A stretch of DNA of 64,000 nucleotides, taken from Dehalococcoidia bacterium (GTDB lineage: Bacteria > Chloroflexota > Dehalococcoidia > Lucifugimonadales > UBA3495). The DNA lies in the NCBI GenBank assembly GCA_963665735.1, contig OY762444.1, forward strand, positions 2,025,828 to 2,089,827, written 5' to 3'. Position numbers and translations under genes: made by a program. This document shows, in pieces, positions 1 to 8,872 of the stretch. The notes beneath the pieces were generated by a model, which was not told where the DNA came from, did not search any database, and saw only the letters and a program-made list of their open reading frames with translations. Within the stretch, counting starts at the first letter, position 1; every line of letters begins with the position of its first letter.

Positions 1-115
1 CGTCTCCGGTAGGCATTTTTTGCACCAACACTCCCCGGATAAGCTCGTAGCGGTCGCCGTTGCGGGGCAGGGCCAGCAACTCTTCTGCGGTTATCAGTTT
101 TTGTTCGGTGGTCAT
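1..115 (-). CDS. Uma2-family putative endonuclease, N-terminal part (truncated by window edge)
   Basis: Manual translation from ATG at 115: MTTEQKLITAEELLALPRNGDRYELIRGVLVQKMPTGD, the typical Uma2 N-terminus (T.EE...LP....RYEL..G.L..M). Confidence 0.75.
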   Translation of the reverse strand, partial: MTTEQKLITAEELLALPRNGDRYELIRGVLVQKMPTGD

Positions 116-217
116 TGGTCAACGCTCACGCTTGGCCCTTAGCTGGCGCCGGAATGGGGGTGGATAGTTGGGGGGGTATCATCAAATCAAGCCGTTAATC
201 CTGAAAGCTACGGATGC

Positions 218-515
218 CACCCCCTCCCTAACCCTCCCCCTACCAGGGGGAGGGGATTTATCACACACCTCTAAGGGCGCCGGTTGTGGATTTCCGCTTT
301 CGCCGGAATGACGGTGGAGGCGGGGATGATTTTCGTCCAAGGATGGGTTGGCCAACCCCCTCCCTAACCCTCCCCCTGGTAGGGGGAGGGGATTTATCAC
401 ACACCTCTAAGGGCGCCGGTTGTGGATTCCCGCTTTCGCCGGAATGATTTTTCACCTAGGGCGGGGGGCCAACCCCCTCCCCAACCCTCCCTCTGGTAGG
501 GGGAGGGGGTTTTGT
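218..515. repeat. Composite palindromic repeat cluster with a ~136 bp tandem unit
   Basis: Three CCCTCCCC-N-GGGGAGGG hairpins and two GGATT(T/C)CCGCTTTCGCCGGAATGA palindromes; the unit at ~221 recurs at ~357. Confidence 0.85.
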
Positions 516-516
516 G

Positions 517-1383
517 TTAGTCGGCGGTGGGGGTGGGTTGGGGTTCGGTTAGGCCGTATTTGCGTTCCAGTTCGTAGATTTGGTCGAGGCCGAGGAGGCC
601 GGCTACGTCCCAGCGGGTGCCGAAACGGTCGGGGTTGACTCGCCCTTCGTGTTTCAGTTCCTCAAAGGCTTCCCGCACCTGCTTGTAGATTAGCCAGATG
701 GTGCTGCCGCAAATCATCAGCTTGTAGCCCAGGGAGGCGACTTCCTGGGTAGTGGTCAGGTCGCCGTTATACATCCGGAGCAGTTCGGCGAGGTCGTCGG
801 CGTAGGCGCGCAGGTCGTCCAGGGTCTTGATGCCGTCAACGAAAACCATGTCGGCCCCGGCGTCGCGGTAGGCCCGGCAGCGGCGCACGGTGTCCTCCCA
901 GCCGGTGACGGCGTAGGCGTCGCAGCGGGCGATAATCACGAAGTCCGGGTCGCGGCGGGCGTCCAGGGCGGCGCGGATTTTCTGGACGTGCTCTTCCAGG
1001 GGGACTACCTGTTTGCCCTCGAAAAAGCCGCACTTCTTGGGGAATACCTGGTCTTCGATATGGATTCCGGCGACGCCGGCGGCCTCGTATTCCCGGACGG
1101 TGCGCTGGACGTTGAGGGCGTTGCCGTAGCCGGTATCGGCGTCGCAGACTACGGGGATGTCAACGGCGTTGGCGATGTACTTGGCGTTGGCGACCATTTC
1201 GGTCATGGTCAGCAGGCCGACGTCGGGGAAACCGCGCTCGGCGGCGGTGCCGGCGCCGGTCATGTAAACGGCGTTGAACCCGACGGTTTCGGCGATGCGG
1301 GCGTGGAGGCCGTTGATGACGAAGGGGGCGACGATGAGGCCGTCGGAGTTGAGCATTTGGCGGAGCTTGGCGGCGGTGGTCAT
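517..1383 (-). CDS. Isocitrate lyase/PEP mutase superfamily enzyme (PrpB/oxaloacetate-lyase-like)
   Basis: Motifs DADTGYG, IEDQ..PKKCG, IIARCDA, GAD.VF; AGGAGG RBS. Confidence 0.9.
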   Translation of the reverse strand: MTTAAKLRQMLNSDGLIVAPFVINGLHARIAETVGFNAVYMTGAGTAAERGFPDVGLLTMTEMVANAKYIANAVDIPVVCDADTGYGNALNVQRTVREYEAAGVAGIHIEDQVFPKKCGFFEGKQVVPLEEHVQKIRAALDARRDPDFVIIARCDAYAVTGWEDTVRRCRAYRDAGADMVFVDGIKTLDDLRAYADDLAELLRMYNGDLTTTQEVASLGYKLMICGSTIWLIYKQVREAFEELKHEGRVNPDRFGTRWDVAGLLGLDQIYELERKYGLTEPQPTPTAD

Positions 1384-1416
1384 GGCTGTTTCCTCCTGAA
1401 AGTTAGGGGTGATGAT

Positions 1417-2046
1417 TTACGCCTGGGGGCGCAAGGGGTGGCTGTTGATGACTTGCCAACGCAGGTCGGCGGCCCAACCGCCTTGATTCCAGTCGTCGCC
1501 GGCGGCGTCGGACTCGAAACGGATAAGGACCAACTGGCCCAGGGTGGCGCATTGGGGCAGTTCGGAGCCGTCAAAGGCGCCGGCGGCGAAAGTGACCGCG
1601 CTTTGGAAAACGGCCGGGGGCAGATTAGAGCGCTGCATCAGGGCGATGCGGAGAGCCGGGTTGTCCTGCTGCGGGATTGGCTGGCGGCGGTTCAGGACTT
1701 CGATTATAGAAGTCCGCAATTCGGTCACGGTCGGGCGTTGTTCGCCGGCGTCGGTAAATTCCAGGTAGATGCTGCCGCCGTTTTCCTCTTCGGAGACGAC
1801 ACCCTGGCGGCACAGGTAAACGTCGGGATGGTCGCGCCGGAATTGAGCGGCCAGTTCGTCCAGGCCGGCGTCCACCGAGGGAGCCGCGTCGTCCTCGCAT
1901 TGGAAGTAGTCAACCAGGGGCAGGTGGACCATGTGCATTTCGGCGGCCCAGGCCGCGTACTGGGAGCAGATGGTCTGGCGGGCGTGATGGACGCCGACGG
2001 TGAAGGAGGGCTGCAGCACCAGGGAAATGCCGTATCTGACAGACAA
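1417..2046 (-). CDS. Hypothetical protein, possibly a degenerate 2H-phosphoesterase (2'-5' RNA ligase-like) fold
   Basis: 209 aa ORF in operon context with TTG start; VHLPL at the first HxT-like position, second His motif not seen. Confidence 0.55.
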   Translation of the reverse strand: MSVRYGISLVLQPSFTVGVHHARQTICSQYAAWAAEMHMVHLPLVDYFQCEDDAAPSVDAGLDELAAQFRRDHPDVYLCRQGVVSEEENGGSIYLEFTDAGEQRPTVTELRTSIIEVLNRRQPIPQQDNPALRIALMQRSNLPPAVFQSAVTFAAGAFDGSELPQCATLGQLVLIRFESDAAGDDWNQGGWAADLRWQVINSHPLRPQA

Positions 2047-2076
2047 GAGTTAACTCCGCATCGAGCCGGGGGCGGC

Positions 2077-2442
2077 TTAACTGAAAACGCGAGTCCACAT
2101 GGGGGAGGTGGCTATCAGCAGCAGGGCAGCGGCTATCGCCAGGGCCAAGGGCCAACCGAAGAGCCGTCCGGTTCCGGCGGGGCGGTTTTCTTCCGCCGCA
2201 CCATCTTCCGGGAGTTCCAGCACCGTCCGGGAAAGGGCTGCGTCGTCCTGGTAAACGTACAGGGCGTGGGGGAGGTTGAAGGCCGAACCCCACAGGCCGG
2301 GGCCGCCGTGGAGACTTTTGACCAGGGAGGGGATGCCTTCCTGGTCGAGACGCTGGGCGGCCATACGGGCCAACGGTTCGTTGGGGAACATGGTCAGCAG
2401 GACTTGTTTGCGCCGGGCGGCGGGGTCGCGTCGGTGGGACAT
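2077..2442 (-). CDS. DUF2007-like (putative signal-transducing) protein with C-terminal TM helix
   Basis: F.NE..A.M....L..EGIP pattern, V...D...A..L pattern and hydrophobic C-terminus; start re-called at ATG 2442. Confidence 0.7.
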   Translation of the reverse strand: MSHRRDPAARRKQVLLTMFPNEPLARMAAQRLDQEGIPSLVKSLHGGPGLWGSAFNLPHALYVYQDDAALSRTVLELPEDGAAEENRPAGTGRLFGWPLALAIAAALLLIATSPMWTRVFS

Positions 2443-2742
2443 GGGGCCTCCGCGAGTTGTTGGGGTGATTATAGCAGAGGAAGGTTGGGAAAGGGTTTGG
2501 ATTGGGCAGCGTTCCGTTTCAGGTGGTTTTCCTGCATTGGTGGGCAAGTATAAGCATCGCGACTTTCCTGGATTCCGGCCTTCGCCGGAATGACGGTTGG
2601 GGGTGGGAGGTTTTGAGTGGGTGACGTGGTTGTTAATGGGGCGGTTCACCCCCTCCCCAACCCTCCCCCTGGTAGGGGGAGGGGTTATTAAACGCCCCTG
2701 ACGCAGCTCTTGCCGACTTTGCAATTGTCCTGATGGTTTGGG

Positions 2743-2857
2743 CAGGACGATTGCAAAGTGTGGATACCAACGCTACGGACAGGAATGTCCATGCCACCAT
2801 CCAAACGTCCATGCTACGGACAGGACGGCCATTGGCCCCTACTTTGCAATCGTCCTG
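2743..2857. mobile_element. MITE with 17 bp perfect terminal inverted repeats (ISAs1-like ends)
   Basis: CAGGACGATTGCAAAGT ... ACTTTGCAATCGTCCTG; 10 bp flanks ATGGTTTGGG/GGGGTTTGGG match 8/10. Confidence 0.7.
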
Positions 2858-2896
2858 GGGGTTTGGGATTTCGGGGTGTTGAGGGGTTGGCGGTTG

Positions 2897-2905
2897 TGAT
2901 ATACT
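2897..2905 (+). promoter_or_regulatory. Extended -10 promoter of the tRNA cluster
   Basis: TGaTATACT 16 nt upstream of tRNA-Leu. Confidence 0.6.
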
Positions 2906-2921
2906 ATTGGCCTAGCAACGG

Positions 2922-3008
2922 GCCGAGGTGGTGGAATAGGTAGACACGCGGTCTTGAGGGGGCCGTGGGCGAAAGCCCGTGTGGGTTCAAGTCCCGCCCT
3001 CGGCACCA
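2922..3008 (+). tRNA. tRNA-Leu(GAG)
   Basis: GCCGAGG/CCTCGGC acceptor stem, anticodon loop TTGAGGG, long variable arm, GGTTCAAGTCC T-arm, encoded CCA. Confidence 0.96.
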
Positions 3009-3036
3009 GACGCCCGATGGTGGGCGTTGCGGATAA

Positions 3037-3112
3037 GGCGACGTAGCCAAGTGGTTAAGGCGGAGGTCTGCAAAACCTCTATGCGGCGGTTCGAATCCGC
3101 CCGTCGCCTCCA
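3037..3112 (+). tRNA. tRNA-Cys(GCA)
   Basis: GGCGACG/CGTCGCC stem, anticodon loop CTGCAAA, GGTTCGAATCC, T discriminator plus CCA. Confidence 0.96.
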
Positions 3113-3156
3113 AAAATTCCCCCAGACGGCAACCGGCGCGAGACAGGTCAAGGAAG

Positions 3157-3242
3157 GCCGGGGTGGCGGAACGGTAGACGCGGCGGACTTAAAATCCGCT
3201 ACCCGCAAGGGTGTGTGGGTTCGAGTCCCTCTCCCGGCACCA
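3157..3242 (+). tRNA. tRNA-Leu(TAA)
   Basis: GCCGGGG/TCCCGGC stem, anticodon loop CTTAAAA, variable arm, GGTTCGAGTCC, CCA. Confidence 0.96.
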
Positions 3243-3256
3243 GCAGGAAGGGTACA

Positions 3257-3289
3257 GGCGGCTGCCCGATTGGGGGGGCCGCCTTTTTT
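3257..3289 (+). terminator. Rho-independent terminator after the tRNA cluster
   Basis: GGCGGC...GCCGCC hairpin followed by a T-run. Confidence 0.75.
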
Positions 3290-3311
3290 GGTTGGGTGGG
3301 TGGAAGTAGAT

Positions 3312-3542
3312 ATGTCAGTATGCGCGGTATGTCATGGCAAGAATCTGCAAGAGCAGTTGGTTGACAAGGTATTTAATGTCAACGGGCGTTACGTTTTGGT
3401 CACCGGGATTCCGACAACGGTATGCCGGAATTGTGGCGAGCGGTCTTTCAGCGGTGAAACTACGGAGAAGGTTCGCCGGTTGGTGCATAGCGGCGTAAAT
3501 CCCAAAGAATCCGTGTCCATGCCGGTGTACGAGTTTGCCTGA
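3312..3542 (+). CDS. YgiT-type zinc-finger protein (MqsA-like antitoxin domain)
   Basis: MSVCAVC...GIPTTVCRNCGE, two CxxC motifs, 76 aa; start re-called at ATG 3312. Confidence 0.85.
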   Translation: MSVCAVCHGKNLQEQLVDKVFNVNGRYVLVTGIPTTVCRNCGERSFSGETTEKVRRLVHSGVNPKESVSMPVYEFA

Positions 3543-3594
3543 TTGCCGGGCCTGACAGTCGCGCCATTAAGGGCTGCTTGGGGTGGGGCAATCA

Positions 3595-4370
3595 AGAAAT
3601 TCCAGCCCCGTAGCTCCGGTGAAAAGCGGGAATGACGGTCATTCGGGGGCCAACGTCAGCCTTGGCGGGGATTTCTGGATTCCGGCCTTCGCCGGAATGA
3701 CGGTTGGGAGCGGGCGTATTTTGGTTGGGGGATTTGTCTCCGGCAACGGGCCCGGTTGTCAATGTTGGTAGGGGCGGGTTTGAAACCCGCCCCTACGGGT
3801 GGTTAGGACGGTTAGGGGATGGCGAGGTTGGTCTGGGGGAAGGATTTTGGATTCTTCGCTGCGCTCAGAATGACATGGAAGGGCCAGGATGACGTGGGGG
3901 TGCAAGGAGGTGGATTCCCGCTTTCGCGGGAATGACGGTTTGGGGGGCCAGAATGACGTTGGGGTTGACCCCCTCCCCAACCCTCCCCCTACCAGGGGGA
4001 GGGGGTTTTTCGCGAATGGCGATGGTCCTGGCGGTTCGGGATTTCTGGATTCCGGCCTTCGCCGGAATGACGGTTGGGGACGCGGGTATGACGGTTGGGG
4101 GGCACGGCAACGTCAGCCTTGGAGGGGATTTCTGGATTCCGGCCTTCGCCGGAATGACGGTTGGGGACGCGGGTATGACGGTTGGGGGGCACGGCAACGT
4201 CAGCCTTGGAGGGGATTTCTGGATTCCGGCTTTCGCCGGAATGACGGTCATTCGGGGGTCAACGTCAGTGTTGGCGGGGATTTCTGGATTCCGGCCTTCG
4301 CCGGAATGACGGGTTGGGGGCGTGGGTATGACGGTTGGGGGTGTTGGAATGACGGGTTGGGGGGGTGACG
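3595..4370. repeat. Large mosaic of REP/dRS3-like palindromes including 87 bp tandem units
   Basis: About 7 GGATTCC-N-GGAATGAC palindromes (copies at 4047, 4134, 4221 spaced 87 bp), a GTAG-type REP at ~3768, a GATTCTTCGCTGCGCTCAGAATGAC element at ~3850, and a C/G hairpin. Confidence 0.9.
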
Positions 4371-4458
4371 GGGGTTTATACCGCAACACCGATGGGGCCG
4401 CCGCATCGCCAAACATGATGCGGCGGCTTTGCTTTTGCCTTGGGGTTGGGGTTGCGGG

Positions 4459-5319
4459 TTAGGTTGCGGCTGCTGCGCCGGGGGACCAGTTGTAGATGCT
4501 GGTCAGGCTTGCGCCCATTAGCGTGGCGCGCTCGGCGTCGGAGAGTTGGTCGGTGACGCGGAAGGCTTCGACGCCCTGTTCGTAGTTCAGCAGCCTGACG
4601 GCCCTCGTCCAGTCGGTGCCCCACATACAACGGTCAAGGCCGTAGGCGTTGAATATCTGGGAAAGAGGTTCCCAGATGTCGGGGTAGGGAAAGGGCTGAT
4701 GGGACAGGGTGCAAGCCCCGGAAATCTTGATTACTACGTTGTCGCACTCGGCCAGGGACAGCACGTTGTCCAGGTCGGCGAAGGGTTCCGGCGGGGCCGG
4801 CGGCTCGAAGGGCTGGGCTATGCCAACGTGGTCAATGACGATGCGGGTTTCGGGATGGCGGCGGGCCAGTTCGCGCAGCAGGGGCAGCTTGGTGGAACAC
4901 ATGACGTTGACGGGAACGCCGGCCCGTCCGCCGGCGGCGAAGATTTCGTTGAGGCCGGGATGGTCGGCCTGGTAGTCCCCGGCTGACAGCATGACGCGGG
5001 CGCCGACTACGCCGGGGGTGGCCGTCCATTCGGTCATGTCGGCGGCGATGGTTTCGGATTCGGGGTCGAAGGGCTTAATCAGGCCGAACCGGGCGGGATG
5101 TTGAGCGTACACTTCCAGGATGTAGCTGGCGTCGTAGCGGTAGAGGGAGTAGGGGGAAATGAGCAGGGCGCCGTCAACGCCCACCGAGTCCATCGCCGCT
5201 ACCATGTCGTCGCCGGTTACTTCGTCGGGGCCGGTGAGGAATCCGGCCCAGGGGCGTTCCGGTCGGTTGCGCTCGTAGGTATGCACCTGGCAGTCAATTG
5301 TGGGAGTCCGAGTCGCCAT
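4459..5319 (-). CDS. Amidohydrolase_2 family metallo-hydrolase (lactonase-like)
   Basis: IDCQVH, VIDHVG, V.IKISG and R.MWGTDW motifs; AGGAG RBS. Confidence 0.9.
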   Translation of the reverse strand: MATRTPTIDCQVHTYERNRPERPWAGFLTGPDEVTGDDMVAAMDSVGVDGALLISPYSLYRYDASYILEVYAQHPARFGLIKPFDPESETIAADMTEWTATPGVVGARVMLSAGDYQADHPGLNEIFAAGGRAGVPVNVMCSTKLPLLRELARRHPETRIVIDHVGIAQPFEPPAPPEPFADLDNVLSLAECDNVVIKISGACTLSHQPFPYPDIWEPLSQIFNAYGLDRCMWGTDWTRAVRLLNYEQGVEAFRVTDQLSDAERATLMGASLTSIYNWSPGAAAAT

Positions 5320-5568
5320 TGTTTTTCTCCTTGCCCGTTGGTTGATTTGGGGGTTGGGGGGCGCTGTTCCGGGTTTATGCCAGTTTACACCTTGGCGGGG
5401 GTTTTTGGGGACGACCCCCTCCCTAACCCTCCCCCTGGTAGGGGGAGGGGATTTTGTGCGACGGGGACAGACCTTTTGGATGTAATTCTGAGCACAGCGA
5501 AGAATCTAAAATTCTTGCCGTAACCATCTTTCGACTCCCGGAGGGGGGCTTTGGCGGAGGATTTTAGA

Positions 5569-5760
5569 CCCTTCACTTCGTTCAGGGTAACATGGGGGGC
5601 GCGTTCAGGGTGACATGATGGAGTTCAGGGTTACGCGCCGAAGGTCAGGGTGACATGATGGAGTTCAGGGTTACGCGCCGAAGGTCAGGGTGACATGATG
5701 GAGTTCAGGGTTACGCGCCGAAGGTCAGGGTGACATGGGGGCGCGTTCAGGGTGACATGA
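5569..5760. repeat. 40 bp tandem repeat (three exact copies, 20 bp sub-period) extending from a REP-like element end
   Basis: TCAGGGTGACATGATGGAGTTCAGGGTTACGCGCCGAAGG x3 at 5605-5724. Confidence 0.9.
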
Positions 5761-6216
5761 CGGAGGCCAGGGCTGCGGACATTAAGTTCGGGGCTGCGGG
5801 CTGAGGCCAGGGTTATGGGCGGAAGTCAAAATGCGATTGCCGGGATGTTTTTGGGGGCGGTCTTGTCAATTGGGCGGGGGCATTTTAGACTTTGGGGGAT
5901 GATTGCGCCGTTGGTTATGTCGTCCACAGGGTTTCCGGCGGCGGGGCGGGCAGGCTTTTTTGGCGGCGATGCCCGCTGCCACCGGGGGAATGGGTCGTGG
6001 ATGAGTTGCGGGGTGCGATGAATGGAGCGGCGGTTTCAGATTGCGGGCTGGATGGTGTTCCTGGTTTGCAGCTTGTTGTTCATCGGGCAAAGCTGGCTGG
6101 CGCGGGATGCGCTGGGGCTGGCGGCGGGAATTACGTTTTTCGTGGGGTGTTTGTTGTTTCTGGCGCCTTTTGTGGCAAGATACAAGGGCAAGAGATAGGC
6201 TTTTTACGGGCCTAGC

Positions 6217-6459
6217 GGTATGGGATGACCGGAGTTTCACCCCCATTCCTTCGGCGCCGCTCAGGACAGGCTCTAACCTTCCCCCTCGAAGGGGGAAGGG
6301 ACTTGGTTCCGGCTTTCGCGGACATGGCGGTTCCGGGGCAAGAGGTATGGGATGACCGGAGTTTCACCCCCATTCCTTCGGCACCGCTCAGGACAGGCTC
6401 TAACCTTCCCCCGTCGAGGGGGAAGGGACTTGACTCCGGCTTTCGCGGACATGGCGGTT
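6217..6459. repeat. Direct repeat of a composite palindromic unit (127 bp period)
   Basis: GGTATGGGATGACCGGAGTTTCACC... at 6217 and 6344. Confidence 0.85.
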
Positions 6460-6528
6460 TCCGAGAGATTATCCAGCCTTGCCCGGTGTTGGGGATAAGG
6501 CTTTCAACCGGCTTTTGGAGGGGTTTTT

Positions 6529-8274
6529 ACGGCGACGCAGGTTGTTCAGAATCCACGCTATGAGGCGGACGAAAAGCCGCCCTTCCTGACCTCGCTGGGG
6601 CTGGGGTTGCAGTTCAGCATGATTGCCTCGGCGACGCTGCTGGTGACGCCGGTTATCGTCGCCAATGCGTCGGGGCTGGGCGAGTCCCAATTGACCTGGA
6701 TGGTGTTCGCCTCGCTGCTGGTGGTGGGGGTGTCCACGCTGTTGCAGGTGCGCCGGCTGGGGCCGGTGGGGGCCGGCGCGGTGCTGCCCCTGTTCACCGC
6801 CGCTTTCTCCATTCCCTTCTGCATCACGGCGTTGGTGGACGGGGGGCCGGCGACGCTGACGACGTTGATTCTGGTGACGGGAATAATCCAGGTGATTATT
6901 TCCCGGTGGCTGTTCATTCTGCGGCGAATCGTGACGCCGGTGGTGGGCGGCACGGTGATGATGATTCTATCCATCACGCTGGCGTCGGTGGTTTTCGGGC
7001 TGCTGGATGAGGCGTCGCAGTCGGAGCCGGTGGCGGCGCCGCTGACGGCGCTGGTTACGCTGGTGGTGGTGGGAGCGCTGACGCTGCGGGGCACCGCGGC
7101 ACTGCGGCTGTGGGCGCCGGTGATTGGCATAACCGTGGGGTGCGTGGTGGCCGCCGGGTTCGGCATTTATGACTTGCAACGGGCGATACAAGCGCCGTGG
7201 GTGGGAGTTCCCCGGGAATGGCCGGGGTTGGGGGTGGATTTCGGGGTAGGTTTCTGGACGCTGCTGCCGTCGTTCCTGTTTCTGGGGGTGATTAACTCGA
7301 TTCAGGCCAACGGGGAGGCCATCGCGCAACAACGGGTGGCCCGGCGGGAACCGCAAGCGGTGGACTTCCGCCAGGTGCAGGGAACGATGGCCGGCGCCGG
7401 GGTGGGCAACCTGCTGGCCGCCGTTGCCGGGGCGGTGCCCAACGTCATCAATCCGGGAATCGTGTCGTTTACGCAGATAACCGGGGTGGCGGCCCGGCGG
7501 GTGGGTTACTGCATCGGGTTCACGTTCATCGTGGTGGCGTTTTTGCCCAAGTTGTCGGGATTCCTCAGCACCATACCGGGGCCGGTGATGACGGGATACC
7601 TAATCATGGTGACGGGGACTCTTTTCGCGGAGGGGGCGCGGACGGTCATACAGACGGAGCAGAATCGGCAGAAACTGACGGTGGCGGGGGTGGCTTTCTG
7701 GATTGGGGCGGCTTTCCAGTTCGGGTTGTTCAATATGCCGAACTTGCATCCGGTGTTGACGACGCTGCTGAAAAGCGGCATTACCACCGGGGGGGTGTTA
7801 GCGTTGGGGGCAGTGCTGTTCCTGGAGCTTACGGACAAACGGCGGATGCGTTTTGAGTCGCCGCTGCACATTGACGCCTTGCCGGAGTTGAACGAATTTA
7901 TCACCAAGTTCGCCAATAGCCGGGGGTGGGGCGACGCGATGAAAGACCGGCTGAGCGCGGTGGCGGAGGAAACGCTGTTGACGCTGGCCCCGCTGGACCT
8001 GGAGGCGGAGGACGATGGGGAAGAGGTGAACCGGCGGTTGGTGGTGGTGGCGTCCAGCGAGGGGGCGGTGGCGGACCTGGAATTTATCGGCGGGGGGAAC
8101 GACGCCAACCTGGAGGACCAAATCCAGCAACTACAGCAGCACGATCAGGAAACGCCGCTGGAGTATGAAATATCCCTGCGTCTGTTGCGGCAGTATGCCT
8201 CATCGGTGCAGCACCGGGTTTACCACGACACGGACATTATTACGCTGCGGGTGGGGCCGCCGGGGCCGCGGTAG
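6529..8274 (+). CDS. NCS2 (uracil/xanthine) permease fused to a C-terminal degenerate HATPase_c/RsbW-like domain
   Basis: Many TM helices with NCS2 motifs (P.V.GTV, TGVAARRVG, IPGPV..G) and a ~140 aa soluble tail. The frame extends upstream of 6607 to ACG 6529 behind GGAGG and includes YEADEKPP. Confidence 0.85.
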   Translation, partial: TATQVVQNPRYEADEKPPFLTSLGLGLQFSMIASATLLVTPVIVANASGLGESQLTWMVFASLLVVGVSTLLQVRRLGPVGAGAVLPLFTAAFSIPFCITALVDGGPATLTTLILVTGIIQVIISRWLFILRRIVTPVVGGTVMMILSITLASVVFGLLDEASQSEPVAAPLTALVTLVVVGALTLRGTAALRLWAPVIGITVGCVVAAGFGIYDLQRAIQAPWVGVPREWPGLGVDFGVGFWTLLPSFLFLGVINSIQANGEAIAQQRVARREPQAVDFRQVQGTMAGAGVGNLLAAVAGAVPNVINPGIVSFTQITGVAARRVGYCIGFTFIVVAFLPKLSGFLSTIPGPVMTGYLIMVTGTLFAEGARTVIQTEQNRQKLTVAGVAFWIGAAFQFGLFNMPNLHPVLTTLLKSGITTGGVLALGAVLFLELTDKRRMRFESPLHIDALPELNEFITKFANSRGWGDAMKDRLSAVAEETLLTLAPLDLEAEDDGEEVNRRLVVVASSEGAVADLEFIGGGNDANLEDQIQQLQQHDQETPLEYEISLRLLRQYASSVQHRVYHDTDIITLRVGPPGPR

Positions 8275-8872
8275 GGAAGGTTGGGGGCGATGTGGTTCAC
8301 CCCCACCCCGGCCCTCCCCCTGGTAGGGGGAGGGGGTTTTTGTTTGGGGTATTTCGTGGAGGCGAGGTTGGTTTGGGATGGGGTTTCTGGATTCGGGCCT
8401 TCGCCGGAATGACGGTTGGGGGGCGGTGTGGTTACGGGATGGCAGTGATGGTAACGGCAAGGATTTGAGATTCTTCGCTACGCTCAGAATGACATGGGAG
8501 GGTGGGGGTTGGGGGTTTTCCCATGACCGTTTTGGTGATTGGCGTTGGTAGGGGCGCACGGCCATGCGCCCCTACGGGTGGCTGGGACGTTAGGGGATGC
8601 TAGGTTGGTTTGGGAGGGGGTTTCTGGATTCCGGCCTTCGCCGGAATGACGGGTTGGGGGGGTGGGAATGACGGTTGGGGTGTGGTGGAGTGACGGTAGT
8701 AGCGGCAAGGTCGGTGGGGCAACCACAAGGGTTGCCCCTACTGGGGACGCCACCCCCACCCTAACCCTCCCCCTCGTAGGGGGAGGGGATTTTGCGCGCC
8801 TGTCCTGCCATCTCGTGGGGGAGGGGATTTTTTTGGCGCCTGTCCTGCCATTCCCTGTCTTGGCGGGAGGCG

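Noticed and set aside
988-2553. Long antisense ORFs (also 22658-24028, 25334-26731, 46021-47544, 49399-51201, 61515-62699)
   Set aside because: Shadow frames of well-supported opposite-strand genes in high-GC DNA
3595-4370. CRISPR-like repeat/spacer pattern
   Set aside because: Spacers are duplicated or related, the repeat is dispersed across the whole window, and no cas genes are present
3865-4416. ORFs with VIPAKAGIQ / WIPAFAGMT / PLPLPGGG peptides (also at 182-638, 8200-8937, 27938-28510, 55044-55491)
   Set aside because: These are translations of the palindromic repeats, not genes
5605-5724. Possible mini-CRISPR array
   Set aside because: Pure tandem repeat with no unique spacers
5815-6355. 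Several short overlapping ORFs
   Set aside because: No recognisable motif, RBS or consistent frame; left unannotated
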